Positions 10,067 to 21,648 of a stretch of DNA of 54,444 nucleotides are shown piece by piece (positions within the stretch are counted from its first letter, which is position 1; each line of letters starts with the position of its first letter). This DNA is from an uncultured Pseudomonadota bacterium (GTDB lineage: Bacteria > Pseudomonadota > Alphaproteobacteria > Rs-D84 > CASDRH01): NCBI GenBank assembly GCA_949283075.1, contig CASDRH010000017.1, positions 1-54,444 of the forward strand, in the 5' to 3' direction. The notes below the pieces were generated by a model, which saw only the letters and a list, made by a program, of their open reading frames with translations, made no database searches and was not told the DNA's origin. A program made the translations under genes and the position numbers.

Positions 10067-11137
10067 ATGCAAAAAAATGAAGAATTTATTGCAAAATTGA
10101 ATGCTTTAAAAGTTAAGTTTCAAAATATGGAAAAAGAACTTTCCAATGGTTTTTCTGACCAACAAGAATTTATGAAGCTATCAAAAGAATATTCTGATTT
10201 AAAAGATATTATTGTTTTAGTTGATGAGTATTTGACTTGCGTTGATAATATGGAACAATCAGAAGCTTTATTAAATGATCCTGAAATGAAAGAATTGGCG
10301 GCGGAAGAATTTTATGATTTAAAAGCTAAACTTCCTGAAATTGAAACTAAATTAAAAATAGCTTTATTACCAAAAGATGAAGCTGATGAAAAAAATGTTA
10401 TTTTAGAAATCAGAGCAGGAACTGGCGGTGATGAAGCAGCTATATTTGCAGGTAATTTATTTGATATGTATATGGGATATGCTTCTTTTAAAAAATGGAA
10501 AGTTGAAGTTATGGATTCAAATCCTTCAGAAGCTGGTGGTTATAAAGAAATTATTGCTAAAATATCAGGAAATAAAGTTTTTGCTGATTTAAAATATGAA
10601 TCTGGGGTTCACAGAGTTCAAAGGGTTCCTGAAACAGAATCTCAAGGAAGAATTCACACATCTGCAGCATCTGTTGTTGTTATGCCAGAAGCTGGTGAAA
10701 TTGATGTTAAAATAAATCCTTCTGATTTGCGTATTGATACTTATAGAGCTTCTGGTGCTGGTGGTCAGCACGTTAATAAAACAGATTCAGCTGTAAGAAT
10801 TACTCACTTACCAACGAATACAGTTGTTCAGTGTCAAGATGAACGTTCTCAAATTCAAAATCGTGAACGTTGCTTTGAAATGTTATATGCTAAGTTATAT
10901 GATTTTGAAAGACAACAAATTGAAAATAGTATTAAATCTGAAAGAAAATCTAAAATAGGTACTGGTGATAGGTCAGAGCGTATTAGGACATATAATTATC
11001 CTCAAAGTCGTGTTTCTGACCACAGAATAAATTTAACTTTATATAAAATAGATGAAATTATGATGGGTCCTGGATTAGAAGAAATTATAGATGCTTTAAG
11101 AACAGAAGATCAATTAGATAAATTGAATAATCTATAG
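10067..11137 (+). CDS. prfA: Peptide chain release factor 1
   Basis: EIRAGTGGDEA, RVPETE (PxT, RF1-specific) and GAGGQHVN. Confidence 0.98.
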   Translation: MQKNEEFIAKLNALKVKFQNMEKELSNGFSDQQEFMKLSKEYSDLKDIIVLVDEYLTCVDNMEQSEALLNDPEMKELAAEEFYDLKAKLPEIETKLKIALLPKDEADEKNVILEIRAGTGGDEAAIFAGNLFDMYMGYASFKKWKVEVMDSNPSEAGGYKEIIAKISGNKVFADLKYESGVHRVQRVPETESQGRIHTSAASVVVMPEAGEIDVKINPSDLRIDTYRASGAGGQHVNKTDSAVRITHLPTNTVVQCQDERSQIQNRERCFEMLYAKLYDFERQQIENSIKSERKSKIGTGDRSERIRTYNYPQSRVSDHRINLTLYKIDEIMMGPGLEEIIDALRTEDQLDKLNNL

Positions 11138-11138
11138 A

Positions 11139-11642
11139 TTACACTCCACAATCCCATATTCCCCCTTCGAATATTTTGCATGCAGAGTTTTCATTTTCCG
11201 TTTCTGTATTCCAATCGAAGTTTGATTCTGGGCAACCTAGGTAATATGAATTTTTATCGTTCCTTAATGTTATTACTCCACCTGATTCAACTTCAAAATT
11301 AAATTTTTCTTTTTCTCCATTTTCTTTTATTAAAAATAACTCTCCATTATACGAACACTCTTTATCAAAAAAACAATATTGAGCTGCTGGATATGATGAA
11401 AATTGAAAAACTTTATTTGATAATAAATTTTCTATTTCATTTGGAGTAATTACCCAACTACATTCTTTGTCCCTTGACATTGATATTATCTCAATATCGA
11501 ATTGCTTTTCACACATTCGTTCTGAACAATCTTTTTTATCATTTATTTCTGTTTCTGTATCATCAGCTAAAATATTTATATTAATAATTGATATTAAATA
11601 TATAAAGATAAATATTTGAAAAATAACAGTTTTTGTAAACAC
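11139..11642 (-). CDS. Hypothetical exported Cys-containing protein
   Basis: 167-aa ORF with a hydrophobic N-terminus and 8 Cys; lies directly downstream of ftsY on the same strand. Confidence 0.55.
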   Translation of the reverse strand: MFTKTVIFQIFIFIYLISIININILADDTETEINDKKDCSERMCEKQFDIEIISMSRDKECSWVITPNEIENLLSNKVFQFSSYPAAQYCFFDKECSYNGELFLIKENGEKEKFNFEVESGGVITLRNDKNSYYLGCPESNFDWNTETENENSACKIFEGGIWDCGV

Positions 11643-11648
11643 AATTAA

Positions 11649-12539
11649 TCACTCCAATTCTAGAATTTTATTTAAGTAATAATCTATATCAAATTTAATT
11701 AAATCTGCTTCTTTTTCACCAATACCTATAAAATAAACTGGTAATTTATAAGTGTTCATTAAAGATATTAATGCTCCTGCTTTTGAAGTTCCATCCATCT
11801 TTGTTATTATAAATCCAGTTGTATTGCTGTATTTAATAAATGTTTCTGCTTGGGACAACATATTTTGACCTATTGATGAATCTAATACTAATATAGATTC
11901 ATTTGGAATATTTTCATTTTGTTTTTTTAGAACTCTAGTAATTTTTTGTAATTCTGCCATTAAATCATCACGGCTTTGTAATCTTCCAGCTGTATCTATT
12001 AATAATACATCATAATTTTCATTTACTGCTTTTTTGTAAGCATCAAATGCTAAAGCTGATGGATCTTTTTTCTCTGATGAAATTAAATCAACGCCTATTT
12101 TATCACACCAAGATTTTAATTGCTCTGTTGCTACAACTCTGAATGTATCACCTGCACATACTAATACTTTTTTATTATGAGCTTTTAATATTGATGATAA
12201 CTTTCCTATTGATGTTGTTTTTCCCCCTCCATTTACTCCTGTAAATAATATTACAAATGGGGTAGGTGAGTTATCTATTTTTTCTAATAAATTATTTGTG
12301 GAAAAATCACATTTTATATGATTTTTTATTTCATCTTTTACAACTTGTTTTATATCTGATATTGTTGCTGATTTATCAAAATATTTCTTTTTTATACTTT
12401 CAAGTATAGCATCAAATATATTAACAGAAATATCTGATAATACGAATATTTCTTCAAGTTCTTGAAGTTTCGTTTCATCTAATTTGTCTTTATTAGATGA
12501 AAATAAATTTGAGATTTTTGAACCTATTTTAAATATCAT
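11649..12539 (-). CDS. ftsY: Signal recognition particle receptor FtsY (NG domain only)
   Basis: GVNGGGKTTSIGKL, GDTFR, DTAGRL, TKMDGTSKAG and GIGEK. Confidence 0.95.
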   Translation of the reverse strand: MIFKIGSKISNLFSSNKDKLDETKLQELEEIFVLSDISVNIFDAILESIKKKYFDKSATISDIKQVVKDEIKNHIKCDFSTNNLLEKIDNSPTPFVILFTGVNGGGKTTSIGKLSSILKAHNKKVLVCAGDTFRVVATEQLKSWCDKIGVDLISSEKKDPSALAFDAYKKAVNENYDVLLIDTAGRLQSRDDLMAELQKITRVLKKQNENIPNESILVLDSSIGQNMLSQAETFIKYSNTTGFIITKMDGTSKAGALISLMNTYKLPVYFIGIGEKEADLIKFDIDYYLNKILELE

Positions 12540-12593
12540 AATTATTTATTATAAAGTATTGAGAATTATATATCAAGAATATATAATATCATT

Positions 12594-13970
12594 ATGGAAA
12601 ATATTTTAAATCCTTTTACTCAAGACGAAAATGGACAATTAAGAACTTTGAAAGTTTCAGAGGTTTCTAATGTTATAAAAGACATTCTTGAATCTGCTTT
12701 AAATAAAGTTCGTATTAAAGGTGAAATTACTGGATTAAAAAAAGCTTCATCTGGGCATATATATTTTGATTTGAAAGAAAAGTATAATAATGTTGATTAT
12801 ATTATCAATGCTATTATATGGAAATGGACTAAAATTCCTTTTGATATATCTGATGGACAAGAAGTTATTATAGAAGGTAAAATATCATCTTATTCCGGCA
12901 AATCTTCTTATAACATTATTGTAGAAAGTATTGAAATATCCGGTATAGGCGATTTATTAAAAGAAATTGAAGAAAGACGTAGAAGATTAGAAGCAAATGG
13001 TATTTTTGATGTTAGTAAAAAGAAACCTATTCCATTTTTGCCAGAAATAATAGGTGTTATTACTTCTGAAACAGGAGCTGTAATAAGAGATATTTTACAT
13101 AGATTACAAGAAAGAGTTCCTGTTAATGTATTATTACAATCTGTTCCAGTGCAGGGTGAGAATGCTAAATATGAAATTATTAAAGCTATTAATAATTTTA
13201 ATAATATGAAAGATAAAGTTGATTTAATTATTATTGCAAGAGGTGGTGGAAGTTTACAAGATTTAATGGTTTTTAATGATGAAGATATCGTTATGGCTGT
13301 ATTTAATTGTGATATTCCTGTTATATCTGCTATAGGGCACGAAACCGATTGGACATTAATTGATTATGTTGCTGATTTACGTGCTCCAACTCCAACTGCT
13401 GCAGCTGAAAGCGTCGCTCCTCTTAAGAGTGATTTGATTGCTAAATTTAATGATTTCAATTCAAATTTATACAATAACTTATTTCAAAATTTAGATAGTT
13501 TAAAAGAAAAATTAATTAGTAAATTTCAAATTTTACAGCATCCTAAACAATTTGTTTATGATTTAAGTTTAAGATTAGATGATAAGATTAAACTATTTGA
13601 ATTAAATGTAAAAAATTATATAAATAATAATTTAGAAATACTTAAAAATATTGATATGATTTTTGAAAGCTTATCTTTTAAAAATGTTTTAAAAAGAGGT
13701 TATTCTATTATTTGGAATAAGGATAAAAAAGTTATATCCTCTTCTTTAAATTTTGATAAGTATGATCAAATATCAATTGAATTTTTTGATGGAGTTGTTG
13801 ATATAAATAATTATGAAACAAATATATCTAATACTTCTTCTGATGAATTTATGACAAATAAATCAGATGATAATTCTTATAAATCTGATACAGATATTGA
13901 AAGTGATAATTTAATATCTAAAAATAAAAAGAGTAAAAAAATTGATGATAAGCAAGGTAGCTTATTTTAA
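12594..13970 (+). CDS. xseA: Exodeoxyribonuclease VII large subunit
   Basis: SGHIYFDLK, IGVITSETGAVIRDI, IIARGGGS, SAIGHETD and APTPTAAAE. Confidence 0.96.
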   Translation: MENILNPFTQDENGQLRTLKVSEVSNVIKDILESALNKVRIKGEITGLKKASSGHIYFDLKEKYNNVDYIINAIIWKWTKIPFDISDGQEVIIEGKISSYSGKSSYNIIVESIEISGIGDLLKEIEERRRRLEANGIFDVSKKKPIPFLPEIIGVITSETGAVIRDILHRLQERVPVNVLLQSVPVQGENAKYEIIKAINNFNNMKDKVDLIIIARGGGSLQDLMVFNDEDIVMAVFNCDIPVISAIGHETDWTLIDYVADLRAPTPTAAAESVAPLKSDLIAKFNDFNSNLYNNLFQNLDSLKEKLISKFQILQHPKQFVYDLSLRLDDKIKLFELNVKNYINNNLEILKNIDMIFESLSFKNVLKRGYSIIWNKDKKVISSSLNFDKYDQISIEFFDGVVDINNYETNISNTSSDEFMTNKSDDNSYKSDTDIESDNLISKNKKSKKIDDKQGSLF

Positions 13971-14624
13971 ATTTAATTTGCTTATTATTTCTTTCATTCC
14001 ATTTTCAAAAAGTGTAGCACCTCCATTTGCTGGATGTCTTACACTAAATTGAACATCTAATCCTAAATTTGTTAGCATATTTTTTGATGTATTACCAACT
14101 GCTATAATTTTTATATCTGGAAATATTTTTAAAAATTCATCAAAATAATTTTTTGCAGAATTTAATTCTTCATCTGTTGGAGTTCGATTTGATAGATTAT
14201 TACCGCTTTTATGCGGTTGAAATGGAAAAATATTCCACTTTACCCATAAGCTTTCATCTGATAATAAAGAATTCATTACTCTATTGACTATGCTTCCTGT
14301 TGGTTCTGAAAACCCATGCTCTTTTAACATATTATTCTTTAAATAATCTGGCTTTGATGTCCTTATACCAATATGTCTTTCAGCTGTCATTGCTATTCCC
14401 GTGAATTTACCCCCTTGATAGCTTAAGGCTTCTGCTATTAATGCTATTTTTGCATTTTTCTTTGATTTTAGATAGTTTTTTAGGTTATTTGAGCGAATAA
14501 TTGGTGCAGTTTCATTTATGTCATAAATATCATCTGTATCTTTCCAAGGATTAAAAATATTTTCATTGGGAGAAATATATTTTTGTAATGAAGCAACAAA
14601 ATCATCAATTTTTTTTTCAAACAT
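13962..14624 (-). CDS. Uracil-DNA glycosylase superfamily protein
   Basis: FNPW, AEALSYQGGKFTGIAMTAE, WNIFPFQPH, NRTPT, AVGN and RHPANGG motifs. Confidence 0.8.
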   Translation of the reverse strand: MFEKKIDDFVASLQKYISPNENIFNPWKDTDDIYDINETAPIIRSNNLKNYLKSKKNAKIALIAEALSYQGGKFTGIAMTAERHIGIRTSKPDYLKNNMLKEHGFSEPTGSIVNRVMNSLLSDESLWVKWNIFPFQPHKSGNNLSNRTPTDEELNSAKNYFDEFLKIFPDIKIIAVGNTSKNMLTNLGLDVQFSVRHPANGGATLFENGMKEIISKLNLK

Positions 14625-14764
14625 TTTATTAATTTTCTAATTAGTTATTTTGAAAACTTGTCATAATTAATTTTTATTATACAATTTATTTTTTTGAAAA
14701 AACAAATATTTTATTGAAAATATAAAAGTTTTAATATAATATTTCTGTGTTCTTGATTTCTTAT

Positions 14765-14841
14765 GCGGCCATAGCTCAATTGGATAGAGCACTTGACTAC
14801 GGATCAAGAGGTTAGGGGTTCGACTCCTCTTGGCCGCGCCA
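14765..14841 (+). tRNA. tRNA-Arg (ACG)
   Basis: GCGGCCA acceptor stem pairs with TGGCCGC; D-loop TGGATAG; anticodon arm CTTGA-CTACGGA-TCAAG; T-loop GTTCGA; encoded CCA end. Confidence 0.96.
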
Positions 14842-14880
14842 GTTGTTCATTATAATTCATTAATTTTTTAAGGATGAAAT

Positions 14881-15276
14881 ATGCAAAAGTTAGGAATTTT
14901 GAAGAAAATTAATTTAAGACAATTTTGGCCACACGAAGCAAATGATTTTACAAAATGGTTATCTAATTTAATTAATACTCAAAAAAAGACTTTAAGCTGT
15001 GCTATTTATATCAGAAATTGTAAAGAATTATTTTATTTTTTAGAAACTCAAAAAGATGAAATTGAAAATATTATTAAAGATAATATTTTAGAATGGTTAG
15101 AGCTACCTAACAATAAAGCTAGTTTGATAAAAATAAATACTCAATTTAATTTAGATGATGAAATTAATTGGAGTAAATATTTTAAATGGATGATTGAAAA
15201 ATATCAAATAATGACTGATACTTTTATAAAATATTTATCTAAATTCAATCAAAATTTTGATGATAATAATTATTAA
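14881..15276 (+). pseudogene. DUF4268-family protein, apparently internally deleted
   Basis: The typical N-terminus (LGILKKINLRQFWPHEANDFTKWL) is joined directly to the C-terminal DUF4268-like part (LFYFLETQKDEIE…LEWLELPNNKASLI…WSKYFKWM). Only 131 aa. Confidence 0.55.
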
Positions 15277-15301
15277 AAAACCGGTTTAAAACCGGTTTTT
15301 T
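15275..15301. terminator. Bidirectional terminator between convergent genes
   Basis: Perfect inverted repeat AAAAAACCGGTTT-A-AAACCGGTTTTTT. Confidence 0.75.
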
Positions 15302-15326
15302 AGGAAAAAGCTATAAACTTTAAATT

Positions 15327-16358
15327 TTATTGATTATTATTGTTTAATAAATTCGTTGGTGCATTTGGAGCAACATTTGTTGGTTCTGTTGCAGTGTTTG
15401 TCTTTGTACTATTATTTGAGCCACCGAATATAGCGTCATCAATATCTCTTACTTCTTTTCTATCTGCATTTCCTCCAAATATAACGGCATCATTAGTGCT
15501 TACTTGATTCTTGTTTTCAGATTCTGTTTTTGCCTTTGCTTCTATATTTGATGCGTTTTTTATTGCTTCATCTTTTATTTTTTCAACTTCTTGAACTGCT
15601 TTATCTTCATCATCATCATCTTTTTCATTTTCTGCTTTATTAGCTCCTTTAACGAATTGAGGATTTAAATCTTTCAATGTCATTAAAGCATCAAATTGTT
15701 TCTTTCTTGCTTCTTCTGTTTCAAGTGTTGCAAATCCTGTGCCTTTATTTGTATTTACATAATTTTTCAAATCATCACTGATTTTAACACCTTTTTCTTC
15801 CATTTTTCTTAAATCAGATCTTTTGATTACCCAACGTCCACGTTGAATTTGTTTCAAACGATATTGATCGTAATATGTTTCCATATACTTTGGAGCCATA
15901 ACCATTGTTACAATTACTTGCGCTCCTTGTTCTTCATCTCTGATAATTTGGATAGTTGCTACACGGCGTTTACGCAAAAAGGTCATTATTGTAAATCTTC
16001 CACGAACAACCCCCAATGGCATCCAAGCAAATCTTGTCATTTCTGTGTTATAGAAATCAAAAACTCCATCAAAATTATATGGTGCTGTTAAGAATAAATC
16101 TCCTGTCCAGTTATATGGGTCTCCATATATTGTACTTTTACTTATATCCATTGTTGTTCCTTCTGGCATAGGAATATCACGGAATTTTGAGAAAGACATT
16201 GGAACATAATTATATTTTATTTCTTCTTCCACATTTTCATCTGAAGAACCTGTCCATTGTTCCCAAGTTTCACAACCTGTCAAAAAAGAACCTGACATTA
16301 ATATTAATGTTAATATTGATAACTTTTTTATATTTTTATTATTAAACTTTTTAAACAT
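15327..16358 (-). CDS. Hypothetical lipoprotein
   Basis: Basic N-terminus, hydrophobic core and lipobox LTG|C; FRDIPMPEG…FYNTEM…W core; low-complexity C-terminus. Confidence 0.75.
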   Translation of the reverse strand: MFKKFNNKNIKKLSILTLILMSGSFLTGCETWEQWTGSSDENVEEEIKYNYVPMSFSKFRDIPMPEGTTMDISKSTIYGDPYNWTGDLFLTAPYNFDGVFDFYNTEMTRFAWMPLGVVRGRFTIMTFLRKRRVATIQIIRDEEQGAQVIVTMVMAPKYMETYYDQYRLKQIQRGRWVIKRSDLRKMEEKGVKISDDLKNYVNTNKGTGFATLETEEARKKQFDALMTLKDLNPQFVKGANKAENEKDDDDEDKAVQEVEKIKDEAIKNASNIEAKAKTESENKNQVSTNDAVIFGGNADRKEVRDIDDAIFGGSNNSTKTNTATEPTNVAPNAPTNLLNNNNQ

Positions 16359-16419
16359 TTATAAACTCCTTTATAGTCTTTTTCCCTTTTGTTTGTATTA
16401 TACAATAATTTTAGTTATA

Positions 16420-17871
16420 TTAAAAGGTATATTTTGCTCCGACTTCAAAACTCCAATAATTCCAGTCTGCTGTTTTTATAGATTTAGGGAAATTTTCAAC
16501 AGTTCCATCAGAGAAATTTATTGTTGTATCCATATTTGATGAATGAATTCCTTCATATGTAAATGCTCCGTATATTCCGAATTTTGGCAATAATTTCATT
16601 GTATATATAGCACTGAATAAATATCCGAATGATGTTCCGCCAGCATCCACAAAGTTTTTCCATTCTGTTCTATTTGGCCACTTACCATTTGCTTCATAAA
16701 AAGGGTAGAATAATTCAAATCTGAATTTTAAGCTTTCTCTTATTGACATTACTTTTTCTATATCAACTCCGGCATATGGACCATTCCAAGTAACATCATA
16801 TAAGTGTGTATCTCCTGTCATTGCATTTACAAAGCTATATCCTCCAAATACTGACATTAAATCTTCGAAAGGAACTATATAATCTAAATCAAAATAATAT
16901 TGATCATTAGTAGGATTTTTATATAGTGAAGATCCGTATAAATCAAATTCCCCTTCTGGAATTAAACTTCCTGCTAAAACATAAATTTCATCGATAGTCT
17001 CCCCTTCTAATGTTTCAACTTGAAGATTTATTTTACAATATCCGTTTCCATAGTCGTCTTCTATATAATTTCCAGAATCAAGACTTCTTTCACAATCAAA
17101 GTAATATGTCGCTGGTTGTCCATGGTCAAACATTCTTAAATTAGCTCTTTTCATTTGATAACCAACATAAGGTGTTATATTCCAACCATACGCACGGAAA
17201 AAATTTCTCATACCGATTGAAAATTTTAAATTTGAAGTTTTTCCGGCACCTTTACCAGCAGAATAAATATGCAATTCATTCCATAAGTCATCGTCAAAAG
17301 TATATTCTGAGCTTGTTGTTCCATTTTCATATTCAAATTTGAATTGGTATTGTTTTCCTGAAATTTTAAAATCTTTTTCAGCAGCAATTTTCAATTGGTT
17401 CGTTTGCATATTTCCCCAATTCAAAATAGAACCAACATCCATAACAAACTGGAATTGAGAAACTCCTCTTTGATAACCAGCTTCCAATGTAAAGCCATTT
17501 GTATCATACTCCCAGTATTTCATCGCTTCGTTATAATACATTGTTTCCCAACCGTCTGGAAGCTTATATGTAGTTTTATTTTCATCTATTTTTGATTTTG
17601 AATTCTTTTTTGATTTATCTTTTTTGGAATTTAAAGATAGTTTTGAATCATTTTTATTATCTTCTTTTTTAGAAGTAGTTTTTTTACCAGGTTTATTGTT
17701 AGGAAATGAATTATAGTATTCTTTATAAAATGAATCATAATATGTGTCATCAGATTCTTGAGCATATGCAGAAGATGAAATAAACGTAAACAAAGTAGTT
17801 GCTAAAACAACTTTTGAAATATTGTATATATCCTTATGGATAATACTAACACATTTGTAGAGTGATTTCAT
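16420..17871 (-). CDS. Outer-membrane beta-barrel protein (omptin-like appearance)
   Basis: Signal peptide (SAYA|Q), alternating aromatic strands (ITPYVGYQ, WNGPYAGVD) and a BAM-type C-terminus FEVGAKYTF. Confidence 0.7.
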   Translation of the reverse strand: MKSLYKCVSIIHKDIYNISKVVLATTLFTFISSSAYAQESDDTYYDSFYKEYYNSFPNNKPGKKTTSKKEDNKNDSKLSLNSKKDKSKKNSKSKIDENKTTYKLPDGWETMYYNEAMKYWEYDTNGFTLEAGYQRGVSQFQFVMDVGSILNWGNMQTNQLKIAAEKDFKISGKQYQFKFEYENGTTSSEYTFDDDLWNELHIYSAGKGAGKTSNLKFSIGMRNFFRAYGWNITPYVGYQMKRANLRMFDHGQPATYYFDCERSLDSGNYIEDDYGNGYCKINLQVETLEGETIDEIYVLAGSLIPEGEFDLYGSSLYKNPTNDQYYFDLDYIVPFEDLMSVFGGYSFVNAMTGDTHLYDVTWNGPYAGVDIEKVMSIRESLKFRFELFYPFYEANGKWPNRTEWKNFVDAGGTSFGYLFSAIYTMKLLPKFGIYGAFTYEGIHSSNMDTTINFSDGTVENFPKSIKTADWNYWSFEVGAKYTF

Positions 17872-18000
17872 TTCCCATTACTCCTCTAATTATTTGCATT
17901 GTATCATAAATTTTGTATTAAAAAAAGTTTTTTATTATATGTTTTGATAAATTTTTAATTTGATTTTTAATTAGCAAAAGTTATAGAATCTATATCGTGA

Positions 18001-19335
<1,335 letters not shown>

Positions 19336-19362
19336 TTTATTGGTTATGTTTTGTTTAATTAG

Positions 19363-19394
19363 AGCAGAGGGCTTTTAAACCTCTGCTTTTTTTT
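19363..19394 (+). terminator. Rho-independent terminator after eno
   Basis: Stem AGCAGAGG/CCTCTGCT followed by a T-run. Confidence 0.8.
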
Positions 19395-19463
19395 GTAATA
19401 TTTACTTGTAAAAATTTATTCAAATTATAAAATATACTGTATATTAAACGAAAGGATAAAGGT

Positions 19464-19919
19464 ATGGTTGGTAGTATAAATAAAGCTGTATTATTAGGTA
19501 ATTTAGGCAAAGATCCAGAAGTTCGTCATTCTCAAGATGGAAATAAAATTGTTTCATTTCCTTTGGCTACTACTGAGTCTTGGAAAAGTAAAACTGGTGA
19601 AAGACAAGATAAAACTGAATGGCACAGAGTTGTTATCTTTGCTCAAGGTTTGTGTGATGTCGCTGAAAAATATCTTTCAAAAGGTAGCAAGGTTTATATA
19701 GAAGGGCAGATTAGAACTAGAAAATGGCAAGATAGTTCAGGCCAAGATAAATTTACAACAGAAGTTATTTTAAGTAATTTTAATTCTGTGTTGATTTTAT
19801 GTGATAGGAATGGAGCTGATAATTCTGCTTCTGGTAGTGATTGGGATTCTTCATCAAAAGATGGAGCTGATATTTCTGATGCTTCTATTGATATTGATGA
19901 TGAATTACCTCCATTTTAA
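19464..19919 (+). CDS. ssb: Single-stranded DNA-binding protein
   Basis: NKAVLLGNLGKDPEVR, TEWHRVV, KGSKVYIEG and acidic tail DDELPPF. Confidence 0.96.
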   Translation: MVGSINKAVLLGNLGKDPEVRHSQDGNKIVSFPLATTESWKSKTGERQDKTEWHRVVIFAQGLCDVAEKYLSKGSKVYIEGQIRTRKWQDSSGQDKFTTEVILSNFNSVLILCDRNGADNSASGSDWDSSSKDGADISDASIDIDDELPPF

Positions 19920-19936
19920 TGAGATATTCTTTTTAT

Positions 19937-19971
19937 AAAAAAAGCTGTAATTTTTATATTACAGCTTTTTT
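19937..19971. terminator. Bidirectional terminator between ssb and gpmI
   Basis: Inverted repeat AAAAAAGCTGTAAT…ATTACAGCTTTTTT. Confidence 0.75.
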
Positions 19972-19974
19972 ATT

Positions 19975-21507
19975 TTATATTAGGCTTTTGCCCGTCATTT
20001 CTTTTGGCTGCTCTAAGCCCATTACTTTTAAAATTGTTGGGGCAATATCTGCCAAAACTCCATTTTCTGATAATGTTTTATCTTTAAAATCTGGATTATT
20101 TGATATTAAAACAAATGGAACTTTATTTGTTGTATGTGCTGTAAATGCTGTTTTTCCATCTGCATCAAGCATCTTTTCAGAATTTCCGTGGTCTGCTGTA
20201 ATAATCATATTACCATTAACTTTTATAATTTCGTTATACAAACGTCCTATCATTGTATCTAGGCATTCTATTGCTTTTATAGTTTCTGGTATCTTTCCTG
20301 TATGTCCGACCATATCTGGATTTGCAAAATTTAATACTATTAAATCGTATTTATTTGCTTTTATTTCTTCCGTCAACTTATCTGTTATTTCTTCTGCTGA
20401 CATTTCAGGTTTCATATCATATGTAGCAACATCAGGTGAATTTATTAAAATTCTATCTTCGTTTGTGAATTGTTTTTCTTCTCCACCATTAAAGAAAAAT
20501 GTTACGTGAGCATATTTTTCTGTTTCTGCAATCCTTAATTGTTTCATTCCTTTATTAGCTACAAACTCTCCTAATGAGTTTTCTATTTTATCATTTTTAA
20601 ACATAACAGAGTAGAGAGTGTTTAAGTATTCTGAATATTCTGCTAGTCCTAATTTATATGATAATTTTACTATTTTTTTACGGTTAAATTTATCAAATTT
20701 ATCATCTCCAAATGATAGAGCACATTGACGAACTCTGTCTGCACGGAAATTTGCTATTATTATAGAGTCTCCGCCTTTCATTCCTTCATATTGAGATAAT
20801 GCTGTAGGTGGTATAAATTCATCTGTTATACCAGCTTCGTAATAATGGTTTATTATATCTTCAATTGATTTTAATTTAAATTCTGAATCTGCTGATACTA
20901 CTGCATTATAAAATTTTTCTGTTCTGTCCCAATTTTCATTTCTATCCATCGCAAAATATCTTCCTGATATTGTAGCAATTTTGATTTTATCCATAGATGA
21001 TATTGCTTCTTTTAAATCTGATATATATTTTTTTACTGATGAAGGAGGAACATCTCTTCCATCAGAAATAATGTGTAAATTTACATAAATACCGGCTGTA
21101 TTTAATGTTTTACATAATGATATTATATGATTTATATGAGAATGAACACCTCCATCTGATAACAATCCTATCAAATGAGCTTGTCCATTACTTGCTTTTG
21201 TTTTTTCTATCAATTCTTTTAAATCTTTATTTTCTTTTATTGTATCTTCTTTTACTGCTTTTTCTATTTTTGGGAGTAATTGCATTACTATTCGGCCAGC
21301 TCCTATATTCATATGACCAACCTCTGAATTTCCCATTTGTCCTTCCATTAATCCTACTGCTTCGCCTGATGCTGATATTTCTGTGTATGGATTTGTTGAG
21401 AATATTTTATCTATATTAGGTGTATTTGCATTTGTAATTGCATTTCCAGGGTTATTTGAATCTATTCCGAAACCGTCAAGTATACATAGTAGAGTAGTTT
21501 GTGTCAT
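19975..21507 (-). CDS. gpmI: 2,3-bisphosphoglycerate-independent phosphoglycerate mutase
   Basis: ILDGFG, GQMGNSEVGH, SDGGVHSH, AETEKYAHVTFF, NPDMVGHTG and TADHGN. Confidence 0.98.
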   Translation of the reverse strand: MTQTTLLCILDGFGIDSNNPGNAITNANTPNIDKIFSTNPYTEISASGEAVGLMEGQMGNSEVGHMNIGAGRIVMQLLPKIEKAVKEDTIKENKDLKELIEKTKASNGQAHLIGLLSDGGVHSHINHIISLCKTLNTAGIYVNLHIISDGRDVPPSSVKKYISDLKEAISSMDKIKIATISGRYFAMDRNENWDRTEKFYNAVVSADSEFKLKSIEDIINHYYEAGITDEFIPPTALSQYEGMKGGDSIIIANFRADRVRQCALSFGDDKFDKFNRKKIVKLSYKLGLAEYSEYLNTLYSVMFKNDKIENSLGEFVANKGMKQLRIAETEKYAHVTFFFNGGEEKQFTNEDRILINSPDVATYDMKPEMSAEEITDKLTEEIKANKYDLIVLNFANPDMVGHTGKIPETIKAIECLDTMIGRLYNEIIKVNGNMIITADHGNSEKMLDADGKTAFTAHTTNKVPFVLISNNPDFKDKTLSENGVLADIAPTILKVMGLEQPKEMTGKSLI

Positions 21508-21620
21508 TTTTTTCCTTTCTGTTATTTCCTATTATTTTACAAACAAAAAAACATTAAAACAATATTTTTTGATTATCACATAAAATAACTCTCTTTGAAA
21601 CAGCTATTTACTTAATCTAT

Positions 21621-21648
21621 CAGTCGCATAATGTCTATTATGTTAACA
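21621..21648 (+). other. dif: attL / chromosomal dif site (XerC arm, spacer, XerD arm)
   Basis: CAGTCGCATAA-TGTCTA-TTATGTTAACA, compared with E. coli dif GGTGCGCATAA-TGTATA-TTATGTTAAAT. Confidence 0.92.

Noticed and set aside
14765-14841. tRNA-Arg as an attachment site of an integrated element
   Set aside because: No duplicated tRNA 3' end or integrase gene was found in the window.
19919-20509. 196-aa + strand ORF
   Set aside because: It is an antisense shadow of gpmI that runs through a terminator.
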